Shown piece by piece: positions 50,101 through 62,645 of a DNA stretch of 64,000 bases; positions within the stretch are counted from its first letter, which is position 1, and each line of letters starts with the position of its first letter. Where the stretch lies: the NCBI GenBank assembly GCA_034780895.1, contig JAUZTB010000064.1, positions 75,155,143-75,219,142 of the forward strand, read 5' to 3'. The notes beneath the pieces are model-generated. The model saw only the letters and a list, made by a program, of their open reading frames with translations. It was not told the origin of the DNA and did not search any database. This DNA comes from Rhynchobatus australiae (lineage: Eukaryota). The position numbers were made by a program, and so were the translations under genes.

Positions 50101-50890
50101 GTATTAGACCACAAGCTCAATGTCACTCACTCAATAGATTTTATAATTTATTTTTCACAGATAAAGCAACTAAAAACTAAGGAGATGAAATCCAATTCAT
50201 TTCAACTAGATTTATCTGACATCAAAAATAATTTATGGCCTTATGTATTATCACATTACTTATGACTAACCTTGAAAGCAAGAATTTCAATATATGGTTT
50301 TACTCCACAAACAGTATCCCAGTTTGAAGAGTCTTTCAAGATCCTTCTCGTAACCACTAGCAACCAAAAGTCATTGAGATAACAAAAGATGTGCAGTCTA
50401 TTTTTTGCCCATCCTCTTGTTTACTGTTGGTTGGTCCAGCCTCGTACATATATGTACATGTCTTTTCCATCTCTTAGGTGATTTTTCAGTGTAGTTATGG
50501 CAACAACAGAGCATGTCCCCCAGCACTAAATAAGCCAATGATAAGGAAAACTGTTTGATTTTGATACCTTTTTTCATCTGAGAAATTCACAGTTACATGG
50601 TGAAAATTGCTTCAAGCCAGTTGCTGCTATTTACAAACACTAGCCTTGGGCCCTTTTGACATACAAAACCACATCTGAGAGAGAAAAAAAACTGTTTATT
50701 CAAGGGTCAAGATTAGTAAAAACCCACAAACCTCAAAATAACACCTATTCAAGACCTAACAGACTTTATTTAATAAAACCCGGCTGTGAGCTACACAACA
50801 GTGCCTCAGAGTCTTGATAGTGGCTGAAGTCGCAATGCATGCTACTAACAGGGAAGAGATATTTAACTATCAAGTGTGCAAAGCATCTAC

Positions 50891-50892
<2 letters not shown>

Positions 50893-50924
<32 letters not shown>
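50893..50924. repeat. (GT)n microsatellite
   Basis: Direct reading. Confidence 0.98.
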
Positions 50925-50927
<3 letters not shown>

Positions 50928-51712
50928 AGCAAGGCGCAATAAATGACTAGACTGCCTTCAGCTAGACAGGCAGTAAATTAAGAGAAACCAGACACACAAA
51001 GGGCAGGAGCAGAATGAGAACTCTCTATGTGGTTCAGACTTTTTCATTTAATAAAGCAAAAGGCACAGGGGGACTGATAGTTAGAGTAGGTTAATCTCTT
51101 GCTAACTCACAATAAGATATAGCAATTGCTTTTTCTTTCTTGCATAATTATAGCCACATTGATTCAACTTACATTTTTTCAGTTTGCTTGTGTTATCTAT
51201 ACACTATTTTCCCAAGCCACAGTCAATGACTTCAAAGGACAGTTAGTAAAGGTACACATGGGAAAATGTATTTTTGCATAAAAGTTGGTCTCCTCCTCCC
51301 TCCCCCTCTATTACTCTACCTTCTAACATACTGTGGGTTTCTCTGTCATGTCAAGTTTTGGTGGCATAAAATAGCAGAAGCCATCCACCAACATGTCCTC
51401 ACATTAGACCAGATGGAAAATCTGAACAGAAACCATCTATCTATTTATGCTTGATTCCAGGAAAAATATACAACCTGAATGGCAGTGGACTCATCCATAT
51501 TATTTAGTCTTTTTTTTAGGATCTAACGTGGATGCATTATGTAAATCTTCTTCTACTAGGGTAGAGGAAAAGGCATACTAAATGTTAATATAATAACTGG
51601 ATACCCCAGCAACTGAATGACAGTTCAAGAGTAGCACAGCTCAAGAATGACTTTAAGTTCTTGCACTCTACAACTTTTCAAATTTAAACTCCCATGATGT
51701 GTTACATTACTG

Positions 51713-52890
51713 GGGCAAAACAAAACTGCTGGAAGAACTGAGCAGATTAAGCAAAACCTGTGGAGATAAAAAGGGATGGTTGACATTTTGGGTCAAGACC
51801 CTACATCAGGACTGAGAGTGTAGAGGGAAAATAGCCAGTACATAGAAGTGAGAGACACATGAGAATGCAGATGCTAGAATTTGGAGTAACAAAACAAACT
51901 GCTGCAGAAACTTAGTGGGTCAAACAGCATCTATGGGAGGAGAAATGAATTGTTGACAGTTTAGGTTGAGACTCTGTACCAGGACTGAGAGAGTAGAGGG
52001 AAGATAGCCAGTATATAGAGGCAAGAGGGAGGGGTGAGATGGATCTGGTGGGTGATAGATGGAACAGGTGAGGTGGGAGATGATGGGCAGATGTGGCTGG
52101 GTGGGGGAAGATGAAACTAGGTGGGAGAGGGCGAGTCTGTATTTGGCCTTACTGTGGCAGTGGAGAAGGCCAAGGACAGACAGGTCAGTGCGAACATGGG
52201 AAGGGCAGTTAACACAAACGAGAAGGACAGCACCTCNNNNNNNNNNNNNNNNNNNNNNNNNNNNNNNNNNNNNNNNNNNNNNNNNNNNNNNNNNNNNNNN
52301 NNNNNNNNNNNNNNNNNNNNNNNNNNNNNNNNNNNNCAGTGTGAACATGGGAAGGGCAGTTAACACAAACGAGAAGGACAGCACCTCATATTGTGCTTTG
52401 CCCAATATAGCCCAGTGATACAAAATATTAATTTTCCTATTTCAGGTAACCCACACCCCTGGAATTCCATTCCCACCAGTCTGCCCAGTGTCATTTTCAC
52501 TCCATGCACCTGCTCCATCCCTGTCCTCCTTGTTATGTAGGCTCACCACCCTCTCCCACCTGGGCCCATCTGCCCGTCACCCACATACCCATCTACCTGG
52601 GTTTCTTCTCCCTTGGTTTGCTTTTCCTTTCCTCTCCCCCACCCGGCTCCATCTAGTCATCATCCATCCCTCGTGTGGTTCCATCTATCAACTACCAGCC
52701 TTTGTCTCAACCCTCCCTCTCACTTCTTTTTACCGGCTATTTTCCCTCTACACGCTCAGTCCTGATGCAGGGCCTCGTTCTGAAATGACGACCATCCTTT
52801 TGCCTCCACAAATGCTGTTCGGCTCATTGAGTTCTTCCAGCAGTTTATTTTTTGCTCCAGATTCCAGCATCTGCAGTCACTTGTCTCTCC
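51713..52890. mobile_element. Composite Penelope-like element: two tandem minus-strand termini, inverted GIY-YIG remnant, and plus-strand ORF end with 3' region
   Basis: Minus 52136-52212 encodes PSHVRTDLSVLGLLHCHSKAKYRL. Plus 52363-52449 encodes HKREGQHLI...FSYFR* (typical PLE endonuclease end, RKLEEQHLIFRLG...FSNFR). Family A termini lie at 51713-51853, 51851-52130 and 52450-52890. Confidence 0.85.
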
Positions 52891-53305
52891 ATGTTACGTT
52901 AATGGGATCACTATCTCCTCAATGATTATTTTGAATTGCAAGTTTCACCAGTCATTCTGTCAACAGACAAACTACATAGAAGACCATGTTAAGATGGAAC
53001 TCAAAAGCTAAGAAATGAACCTTGAAATGAGAGGCCATTCTAATATCCTGTGCCAAGGAGTGAGGAGGATAAACTGAGTCCCATTCAATGAGACTGATCT
53101 GAAATGAAAGACATAATGTTCCTAACACAAGCCAATAGAGTTTAGGAACAACATTGTATTGCATAATTACTGTCCGATATCAATTTGGGCCTCAGTCAGG
53201 CAACTGGTTCCTTCTGCCTGACTGAAGTGGTTGCATGGAGATTTACCACACTGGATCAGAGAAACACACTCCTGCTCTTGCATTCAAACACAAATGTTTC
53301 CATTA

Positions 53306-53402
53306 GTTTTGATGAAAGGTCATTCACTGTAATGTTAAATCTGTCTCTCTACACAGATGCTGCCTGACTTGTTGAGTATCCTCAACACTCTCTGTTTTAT
53401 TC
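53306..53402 (+). mobile_element. Penelope-like terminal fragment (family B)
   Basis: ttttgatgaaaggtcattcactgtaatgttaaatctgtctctctacacagatgctgcctgacttgttgagtat. Confidence 0.65.
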
Positions 53403-53904
53403 CTGCAATGGAAACCCTGTTTCCCACAGCCCTGGCCAGCACTTGTCTGTTTAAATGCATGCATGTCGTCTGCTTGCTAAGCTACAATAATCAGGCACAA
53501 TTGTAAATGATTCTTGACAACCTTGCTTATTGTAGCAATTGATTTTTCTTTTGATTTGCATGACAATTGATGTCATTTCATTAACCTAAGATGCTCCAGA
53601 TTTGTTCCTTGCTGAACAATCAGATCGCAAGAGCTGTCGTTCTTTATTTCTCTTCTGCTTGTTCTGTATTTATCCACAGTACAAAGTTTTCCCTGAGCCA
53701 TCAATCTGATCGCACCTTTGTTTTTGCCTCTGTTCCTCTTAATTTTGCTTTTGTTACCTGCAGAATTGCCCGTTGCAGCACACCATTCATCAGCTTCCAA
53801 CCTTCCACTTACTTAAGCTCATCCAGCTGCCCTATAGATCATATAGTCCAAATCACACATCTTCGTATTTACCGACCAATACTAGCCACCAGTTAAGTGG
53901 TGCC

Positions 53905-54800
53905 GTAGTTTTAAAATTCATATACAATGCCAGATGTCAATGTGAATAGTGAAGAGGATACAGGGATGTTGCAAGGGGATACAGCAGGCGAGTTAAATGG
54001 GCAAAGACACGGCCAATTGACTATAATGAAAAAAATGTGAGGTCATGCCCTCTGGTAGAGAGAAAAACAGAGAAGTATTCTGTTACAATGTGAAAGATTA
54101 AAATGTTCATAGGGACCTGGACGTCCTTTACATGAATCACTGAAACTATGCAGGTAATGCAAGCAACTAGGAAAGCAAATGCTCTGTTGGCCTTTGACGG
54201 AAAAGGATTTGAGTACAAGAATAATGACATTTTACAGCAAATTTACAGGCCCCTGTTGTGTAAAGGTCTAACCCTAACCCCACTTTAGGAAGGATACACT
54301 TACCACATAGAAAATGCAGGGAAGATTCATTAGATTAATCCCCAGAATGGGTGGATTATCCTCTGAGGAGAGATTAAGCAATCTGGGCCTACACTCTGAA
54401 TAGTTTAGAAAGATAAGAGATGATCTCATTGCAACCTACAATTTTCTTACAGAGTTTGACAGGGCAGATGCCAGGATGATGTTTCCTCTGACTAGAGCAT
54501 CTAGAACAAAGAGTCTCAGACTCAAAATAAGTGGCTGGCCATTCTAGATCGAGAGGAGAAGTTTCTTCACAATATGGAACGGCTGGAATTCTCTACTCAA
54601 GAGGTCTGCAGGGGTTCAGTCACTAAATAAGTTCAAGAAAAAGCAAGAGAGATTTTTGGACTTTAAGAGAATGAAGGGATAGAGGGTGAGTACAGGAAAC
54701 TGCCACAGAGGTAAAAGATTAGCCATGACCTTACTGAAAAGTGGAAAAGGTGCAAGGGACCACGTGGCCTGCTCCTGCTTCCACTTCTCATGTTTTCATG
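53905..54800 (+). mobile_element. CR1 LINE 3' portion, decayed
   Basis: ttgactataatgaaaaaaatgtgaggtcatgc (YNEKKCEVM), aggaaagcaaatgctctgttggccttt, gatgatctcattgcaacctaca, tail gcctgctcctgcttccacttctcatgttttcatg. Confidence 0.85.
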
Positions 54801-57769
54801 TTACGTAAAACAGAATGCAGTAAATATTGAGATATTGATTGAGGCAAAACTTTTATCGGCTTTAAATCAACATGTGTGGAACATAATCGAAACAATGTGC
54901 TGATTGCCAAATGATTTTCTTTCTTCTGCATCTCTATTCCACCTTGCCTGCGTTCAAAGGTTAGGCCGTTCTTGCCAAGTGCCAAGAAGAACTAGGGAAA
55001 CCAATTTGAGTTGCTCCTCTGATTTGACCTTAATACCTGTGGGGAAGCACCTATCCCCTCTAGGAGAGAGGAGATTTTAAACTGATAATGTTGGGAAACG
55101 TTATCTTGAATCTATCCATTTCCCTTCTGAAAATGATCTTGCTAACCTTTGTGTTCCACTGCCAGTATTGCTCCATATGTATCATGGTATCGCCTAGTGT
55201 TGGTACCAATAAGGCATTATGCCTGTGCTCAAATACAACTTCAAACCTTTCTGCTATCTAGCTACTTCATACTTGTACATCAATGCATCCAAACGTTTAC
55301 ATTTAAGGCATCAGAATATTATCCAAGACCTCCTATTGTGCAAAAAGCTAAAACATTTCTGCAGTATAACTTAAGCCATGTCATCAAATCTTGAATCACA
55401 GCAGCCTGTAGCCACCAGCCATATTTAGATCCTGTCTCCTCCTTGTCTTTGTCCTTTGGTAACAGTAATGAGTTGTACTTGTCATCACTTAAAGGGCAGG
55501 CTTATTCAAAACTCCTTACCATCATCTCCCCTCTTCTCCCTGACATTTTCATTATTCAGACCTACAGATTCCCTGACACTTCTTCTCTGACCTTTGATCC
55601 CTTCCCTTTAGAGGCCATATTCAAACAGAACAACAAAACAGGTTTATTGCCAACCCTGGTTTGTCTGTGATCTTTCATAAATGACCAAAGATCAGAGTTC
55701 CCTTCTTCAATCGACTGGCTCGAATGAAAGAGAACACCCCCCCTCCCACGCCCCTTTGTCCTCTAACGACTCCCTTTGCTTGACTTTAATGCAACTATCG
55801 GCACAGACTGTGGCGTCCATGGCCAGGACTCTGGCTGTGCTATACATCCCCAGCACCAGTGAGGTGCTTCAACATTTGCTTGTTATGCAGTTTGGGTATT
55901 TACTTCTGTTAACTTTCCTGTTGATTTACATTGAAGGTCCTTCAACTAATCAACATAATGGCAGAGGGGAGTATACGAGCAGAGGAACCCAAACAGCAGA
56001 AGTCGGTGTTAAAGAGTACTGTGAAAGATAGCAGCATTGATCTTCATAGATTTAACCAAGCAAATGTGTATTTGTTAAATAATCTGTGTTGATGGTGACT
56101 TTTGCCCAGAATTTGTAGACTTAACCAAAAGAAAGGTCTGCTTCACACAGTATCTCCTACACTAGTGCAAGTTCAACAGGGATTTGACATGACATTGAAC
56201 TCTCCTTGACTTCAGCCCAACATGCTGAAGTGGGTGTTCAGAAAGGGAATTGCCATAAATCCATCTGATCATCTCTGCACTCTATGATTTAATCATTGTA
56301 TTGTTATTCTAAAAGACAGTTTAAACCATGAGATAATGTCATGAATGTTTAACAGACCCATGCAGAATTCCTAAAAGCAATGGTTTAGTACGTTAATAGA
56401 AATAATACATGTGCAACCAAAGATTTTTTTTAATAATTAAAGCAAATAGGGACAATAGGATTAATATTTGACCATTAGATAAAAAAATAATTGAATGTAA
56501 TATCATTTTGTAATATCCCTTTTTATTTGGTTTCTCCTTCAGTTTAACAACATATCAGATTAATGAATGAATATATCAAATTAGTAATTAAAACTATACA
56601 AGTATTCTAAATCAAACTGCTAAAAATTTAGGATGTTTTAAATCATCTTTACAGGAAAAGACACAAACTCGAATTAACATTAAATGTTAAGGCATCATGA
56701 ATTATACAGCTTAAATCCTGTAATTTGAGAAATCATAAAACGGTGTATCTGTACAAGGTATTTTGTTTTACATATAGCAGGGGAATATCATGCAAAGTCT
56801 GCAGGCTAAAGATATGGTTTGCTTTTGAGAAACCTGCATCATTTATCCGTTTTCCTACATCACATAACAGAAAATAAATAGATCATAATAACTGCATTCT
56901 GAAATAACTTCATGAAAGTAATACATTGTTTATTACACTTTAAAAAAAAGAGGTCAAAACTGCAAAACTATTGAAATCTTTCAGTGTGCACCAAGCAGCT
57001 TGACAATTTGTGAAAATTAAGAAGATTCAAAGAAAAGCCAATGCAATATTACTCTGGAGTGTAAAAGAAAGTGTATGGGATTTACAACAATAATTACATA
57101 GTGCATATGTGCACAGGCTAAACTTCACTTTCTTTTATACTGAATGCAGAGGGTTCCATAGCCACCAGATGCCTGGGCAAGCCATGGCATCCGCAAAGCA
57201 AGCTTGCCGTAAGTAGGAAAGCTTCCAGCAAGAGCCCCATTACACTAAGAATTAAAGCATCTTTAGAAAACAGTCAACATCTTATTAGCTCCAGAAGTGT
57301 GAAAGATCTGCAGAATAAAACTGGAGAACTCCAATTTTTCCACATTTAACACTCCATTGTGGGTGTAATCTGCTTCTTGATAAGCTATGAAGAGAGTAAA
57401 TACTGTGACATTTTGCATCACAGCTATGACAAATCATAAGTACATGGACAGAATATGCAATGTTCGCACAATTAAATAACTGGTTTAAATCTACGGTTCG
57501 GTGTATTCCAGAGATTACTTCACATTTGCATAATTTGCAGAACTGTTCAGAAGACACTGCAATAGCATTCAAAAATAATCTGCCAGAGTATAAATGGTTT
57601 ACATTCATTTAAGTCCCTTTTAATGAGAATGTCCACAGTTTGTTTTGTCATCCTATTTCCCTTTCTGTGCAGAATTCTTTTTTTACAGATCCTTTCAGCC
57701 TCTGTCAGAGAACTACTGTGCTATCCACAAATGAACCAAAGGGCTCTGGCACTTTTTACACCCACTAAT

Positions 57770-58020
57770 TAAAGTGCTGTTTACACTCATTGATCCAAAT
57801 AACTTTTAATAAAAATTGGATTCTGGCTATTTCCTCACGTTTGTGTGATATTCTGCTTCTTTTAAGACTCACAGCGTGTATTATCAGAACACAGTAGGAG
57901 TGTTTACCCTGTCAATCAGCTGTCAATCCTCAGAGGATTCTACAAACACTCCCTGTGGCTGCCCAATGTCTCAGAATACTGTAATTATCATTGTGGCATC
58001 TCACACTTTCAATTCCACTT
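57770..58020. promoter_or_regulatory. Candidate enhancer with Fox and tandem Pbx/Meis motifs
   Basis: TGTTTAC at 57778 and 57901; CTGTCAATCA (TGATTGACAG on the minus strand) at 57909-57918 and CTGTCAATCC at 57920-57929; lies in repeat-free sequence. Confidence 0.4.
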
Positions 58021-59374
58021 GAGAAACCCTTCAAATATTTTGCAACCATCTTCCTGCTCCTCCAACTTATTTGTGTAACTATTTTGTCTGTTATATTTTG
58101 AATCCGATACTGTGCTAGCTGGAAGTGTTAATGTTTCCACTTGGAAAAAAGCTTATCTTAAAACAGCCGTGGTTCAAAGTGCTAATGCTGGCTTCAAAGC
58201 TGCCAGATTGCTACACATCCAGCCACTGGGCTCCAAGTTGTGTGAGCAAACTCCCAGGCACTGGCACTCAGTGCCGAGGCAGCGATATACAATTAGTGGT
58301 AATGCATGCGTTGTTTAGTCATTAGCAATTGCTGCCTCCGCCAATGTTTTCCACGTCAGAATGTGGCGCTTGGCACTCTCCTTCATGCCTCTGGCTCATT
58401 CCTCCAATACAAACAGGCTTCGTTTATAAACAGAATAACAGCATGTTTATTTCTCCTTCCAAAGCCTGGCATGGAAGGATGTGTTGGTGGAAAATGTGCA
58501 GCTTCTCACCAGGATCCCACAGCGTTCCCTTTCACTCTTGGTTTTTCATTGGCACAAACATTCATCGCCTTTCTACACAAGAGGCAAAAGCTGGCAAGGG
58601 AACCCAGCCATGACTATTCGGTCTCATTCTTGGCAGAAGTAACTACTTTGACCAGCTTATAGAACCTACAATCGAGCTTTGGCTGGCCATGTTTTGAAAT
58701 TTGCCATCGTTCGTTAAGCATTTCTGAACCATGGCACATAGATTTACTGATTTAGAGCCATGATACCCGATAATTTCTCCTGAAAATTTAATCCATCTTT
58801 TTCAAGCAAAGTGTCTTCATATGCAAGCGACTCAAGGGGCAGGACTCTACTTTTCTGGAAACCTACAATCAACCACTTGCACTGTTTTTACACTCAGGAT
58901 CATCTCCTATTCTTTGAACAGCATCCTGTGAGGGAAATGAGCCTGCCCACAGGCACTGGATAGATTAAAACCCTCCTTCAACCAGTTTAGTTGGGCATCT
59001 GGGAAATAATCCACTGGCAAAGCCAAACAGTACCTTTGGTGGAAAGACCTTAGAAAACTGTCACCTATGAGATTTAATATACATTCTGCATCAGCACCAA
59101 CATGCATTCAAAAGGCAGCACTGAAAATCATTAATGTCTCTTATGGGGGAGGAGTAAGCAGCATTTCTGTCACAGTGTTCAATACACCAGAAACTTGCCT
59201 TTTAAAAGTGGACTAAAACTTAAGAAACAATCAAATAATTTCCTCAATCCATTATTTTAATATAGGTGTGGAACTATTTCTAATAAAGGGTTAGCACAGC
59301 TGTAAAATGGTCAGAGGAATGTCATGTATGTGCATTAAATTTTAGTCTTTAATCTCATGACCTGTACTAAAGGT

Positions 59375-59575
59375 CTGCTGTACTGTCAGAGCTCCATTCT
59401 TTGGATGGAATGTTAAACTAAGACTTCATCTGCCAACTCGATGATTCAGATGATTATTGAAAAGTTCATTGAAAGGAAAGGAGGGTATCCTCCCAAGTAA
59501 CATTATTCCTTCATCATAACAATAAATAGAAGGTGGGAAACGGCTGTGCACAATTAGCAAGCAAAGCTCTCTAGT
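59375..59575 (+). mobile_element. Deu-domain SINE core, decayed
   Basis: ctgctgtactgtcagagctccattctttggatggaatgttaaactaagacttcatctgcc...gctgtgcacaattagc is similar to the reverse complement of 24400-24615. Confidence 0.6.
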
Positions 59576-60127
59576 CATAGTGAGATGCATTGTGGTGGTA
59601 AGGTGCAGAATAATGCCATTGATCATAAGGAGCTAGCAAGGCAGTAAACTTGGTGCAAAATGTTTTGACAGCACTGTTATTGGCAAAGAGGCTGCAAGTA
59701 TCCAATCTAATTTCAATATAGTGAAAACCCATTCAAAGTGCAGTAAGGGAGTTAAATTTTTAAGAGAGCTTAAACAAAGTGTAGGAGAATCCTGGTTCTT
59801 TAAGAATCAAGTATCCAATTAATTTACACAGAATAAATAAAATTATTAGGCATGATGTCAATCTGATGAGCATTTCAGATTTGCAGAGTTTTTTTCCATA
59901 TCATTATATCTATAAGATTGATAAATCACAGTTCAGAGATTGTGTGATTTTTTTTTAAAGTTTGTAGGATTCACATGCCCACAGTTGACATTACCTTGAC
60001 ATTCAATCACAAAGATTATTTCCTTCAAACTGAGTGTTGGATGATATGCTAGTATTTCAGAAAGGTTTTTCCATCAATAGGAAATTACAACACTGAAGTG
60101 TTATCTAATCACATTTTTGAAAAAAAA

Positions 60128-60256
60128 ATTGCATTTCACTGGTTTCTGTCACGATGTGCCAAAGTGCTATACAGCCAATGAAGCACTTTTAAAATATTAT
60201 AATGCTGGGAAACAATGGCAGCCAATTTGATGACAGCAAGCTCCCTCAAACTATAT
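60128..60256 (-). mobile_element. Deu-SINE 3' part
   Basis: ttgcattt...gatgtgccaaagtgctatacagccaatgaagcacttt...ggcagccaatttgatgacagcaagctccctcaaac parallels 24304-24430. Confidence 0.65.
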
Positions 60257-62544
60257 ATTATTGTACTGAACATATAAACAACATGTTTAAAATAGTAGGC
60301 AGGATACTGGTATTTCAGTACCCAGCTGAATATTTCTCATGTTATTATCCTGTTGAAAGAAGGGTCTTCAGAGGGCAATGCAAGTTGGTGTTGAGTTGTA
60401 CTAAATGCAGAGTTGAAGAAAATAAAGTTAAATATATTAAAATATAATCCCAATGCATGACAGTGCAAGCTAATCCTGTTGCATGCAAATAACCACAATC
60501 TCTACTGACCAGAGGCAAATTTGCCAATAAAATAATTGACTACAGAGATATTATCTATACAAAGAGAAATAAAAACCTATATCAATATACCTATATTACT
60601 GAACCAATTTACTGATTTTAATAGGGCTAAAACTATTTGGTGTAACATTAATATCAAACATGTTAACACATACCTGTTTGTACAATGTTTACAAATACAA
60701 TATTTTTAAACAAGTCATTGCTTTTTTTAAAAAAACAGANNNNNNNNNNNNNNNNNNNNNNNNNNNNNNNNNNNNNNNNNNNNNNNNNNNNNNNNNNNNN
60801 NNNNNNNNNNNNNNNNNNNNNNNNNNNNNNNNNNNNNNNTTACTCCTCAAATCCAATGTCTGTGACATACTCTACCTTTTTTTAAAAAAACAGAGGTGTT
60901 TCAAATGGATTGAGTTAATGTACTTGTTACTAACACCATTGAGCATAATTTCAAACCCAGGATGTTTACAAGTCTAAATTTGTTACTTCAATAATGTCTG
61001 GCACACTATTCAGCCTATCAGTATCGGGTCTAGTTGTTATTTTTGGTGCAATACTGAAATAGCAGCAGCACGATGATGTCCTGCACTGTGACAACGCAGC
61101 ATGCGTGAATACTTACAAACACTGAAAATGAAAAAAAGAACACATTTTGTTAAATGTTTTTAGCTCCTAGCTCCATATCAGAACAATCGTTTACCTGCCT
61201 TTTCTCTTAGATACAGTCAAGACTGCTTCATATTTCTGGTTTTGACATGAACTTCTGTTCCCTTTCAGCATTCCTAGTTTATTGAGTCTGAAGAGTTTTT
61301 TTTATGTTCAATATCCCAGGTTTTAAAAGATGGCTAGCTGTGCACTAGGCAAGCTCCTCCTGACCTTGGAGACAAGTAGATCATGCTTCATGAGTTCACT
61401 TGACACATGTAACATGGATACTGTTCATAACGCGCTAATTTGTACATCTGTTCACTGCCTACAGCTGTCTCACAATATAAAAAAATTATTTAAAATGTTA
61501 TAACTTGGACTGTTCCATTCCTAATCTTTAGATCTGTTAAAAGAATATCTTTATTCCTTTCTCACAAAATATTTCAGATATTTAGCGGAAAGAATGAAGC
61601 CGATGTCAGTAAAGATAGGAATCTGTGTCCTGATTTCCACTCCTGACTTACAAATGGACAGCTTTCATGGTGCTTAGCACTTGCTGCCTGAGTTACTTGC
61701 TGGCTCTTGCTTGTGCTGGATTGAATTACCATGCAAACAAGCTGCCATTTTGAAATGCCCTCTGGATTTCATTTCACACTTCACACTGGGAAAATTGATC
61801 AGGCTGCCAAAAGACACCACCAGAATTATTCCTGATGAACTGAAGTAACTGCCTTTCCTATGGAATGCCAGATGCTTCCTACACACAACCCGACTTTGTA
61901 AATTAAGGATTATAAGATTTCTGCACAGAATAAATATCATTCTTCATCTTGCATTACCATCCAATTTCAAAAGTGATTTTCCTTAATGCTACAGTAAATA
62001 CCAATTGCTTTTTGCTGATTGCCTGAGCATCCAGAGAAAGAATGTGCTGAAGATAAATTTTTCATTTTCACTCTGAATGCAAATGCCTTTGAAACCATTG
62101 GCATTCCTCAGTTTAATCTCGTCTGTGCATTTCTTCATTACACTCAAGGTGTCCTCAACAACCTGGCAATTCACTCGTAAGAAACCTTGCAGCAGCATTT
62201 GCCAATTCAATAAGGAAGCCCTTAATTGGTCTGTGTCAAGCTCCTAAATGCATCTCCAAAGGCAGCAGCATGGAGACTATCCTGGAGATCCAACATACTG
62301 GTGCTCCATACTATGCTGCTGCCTTTCCATCAGCCTGACTCAATAATAGATTCATTACTCCGCTGCTTCTGCAACTTCATATTCATAATGTGACAGGTGT
62401 AATGAATATGCTGTCACTGAAATAATGGCACAATTTTTTACCAAGGTTTTAACGGAGCATTACATATGCACACAAGAAAGATGATTCTTTAATTTCCAAT
62501 GTATACTTTTGGAAAAAAAAGTCAAAAATCAAATTATTTTGATT

Positions 62545-62645
62545 AAAAATGAAAACACAAATGCTGGAAATACTCAGCAGGCCAGTCAGCAACCATGGAG
62601 GGAGAAACAGAGTTAATGTTTTGGTCAATGACCCTTCATCTTGAA
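62545..62645 (-). mobile_element. Penelope-like terminal fragment (family B)
   Basis: aaatgctggaaatactcagcaggccagtcagcaaccatggagggagaaacagagttaatgttttggtcaatgacccttcatc. Confidence 0.7.

Noticed and set aside
52186-52387. ~50-bp direct repeat inside the PLE
   Set aside because: Flanks a 100-N gap; assembly overlap
54265-54281. ctaaccctaaccc telomere-like motif
   Set aside because: Only about two units inside a decayed CR1
60721-60895. Repeat ctttttttaaaaaaacaga on both sides of a gap
   Set aside because: Low complexity and gap-associated; cannot be told apart from an artefact
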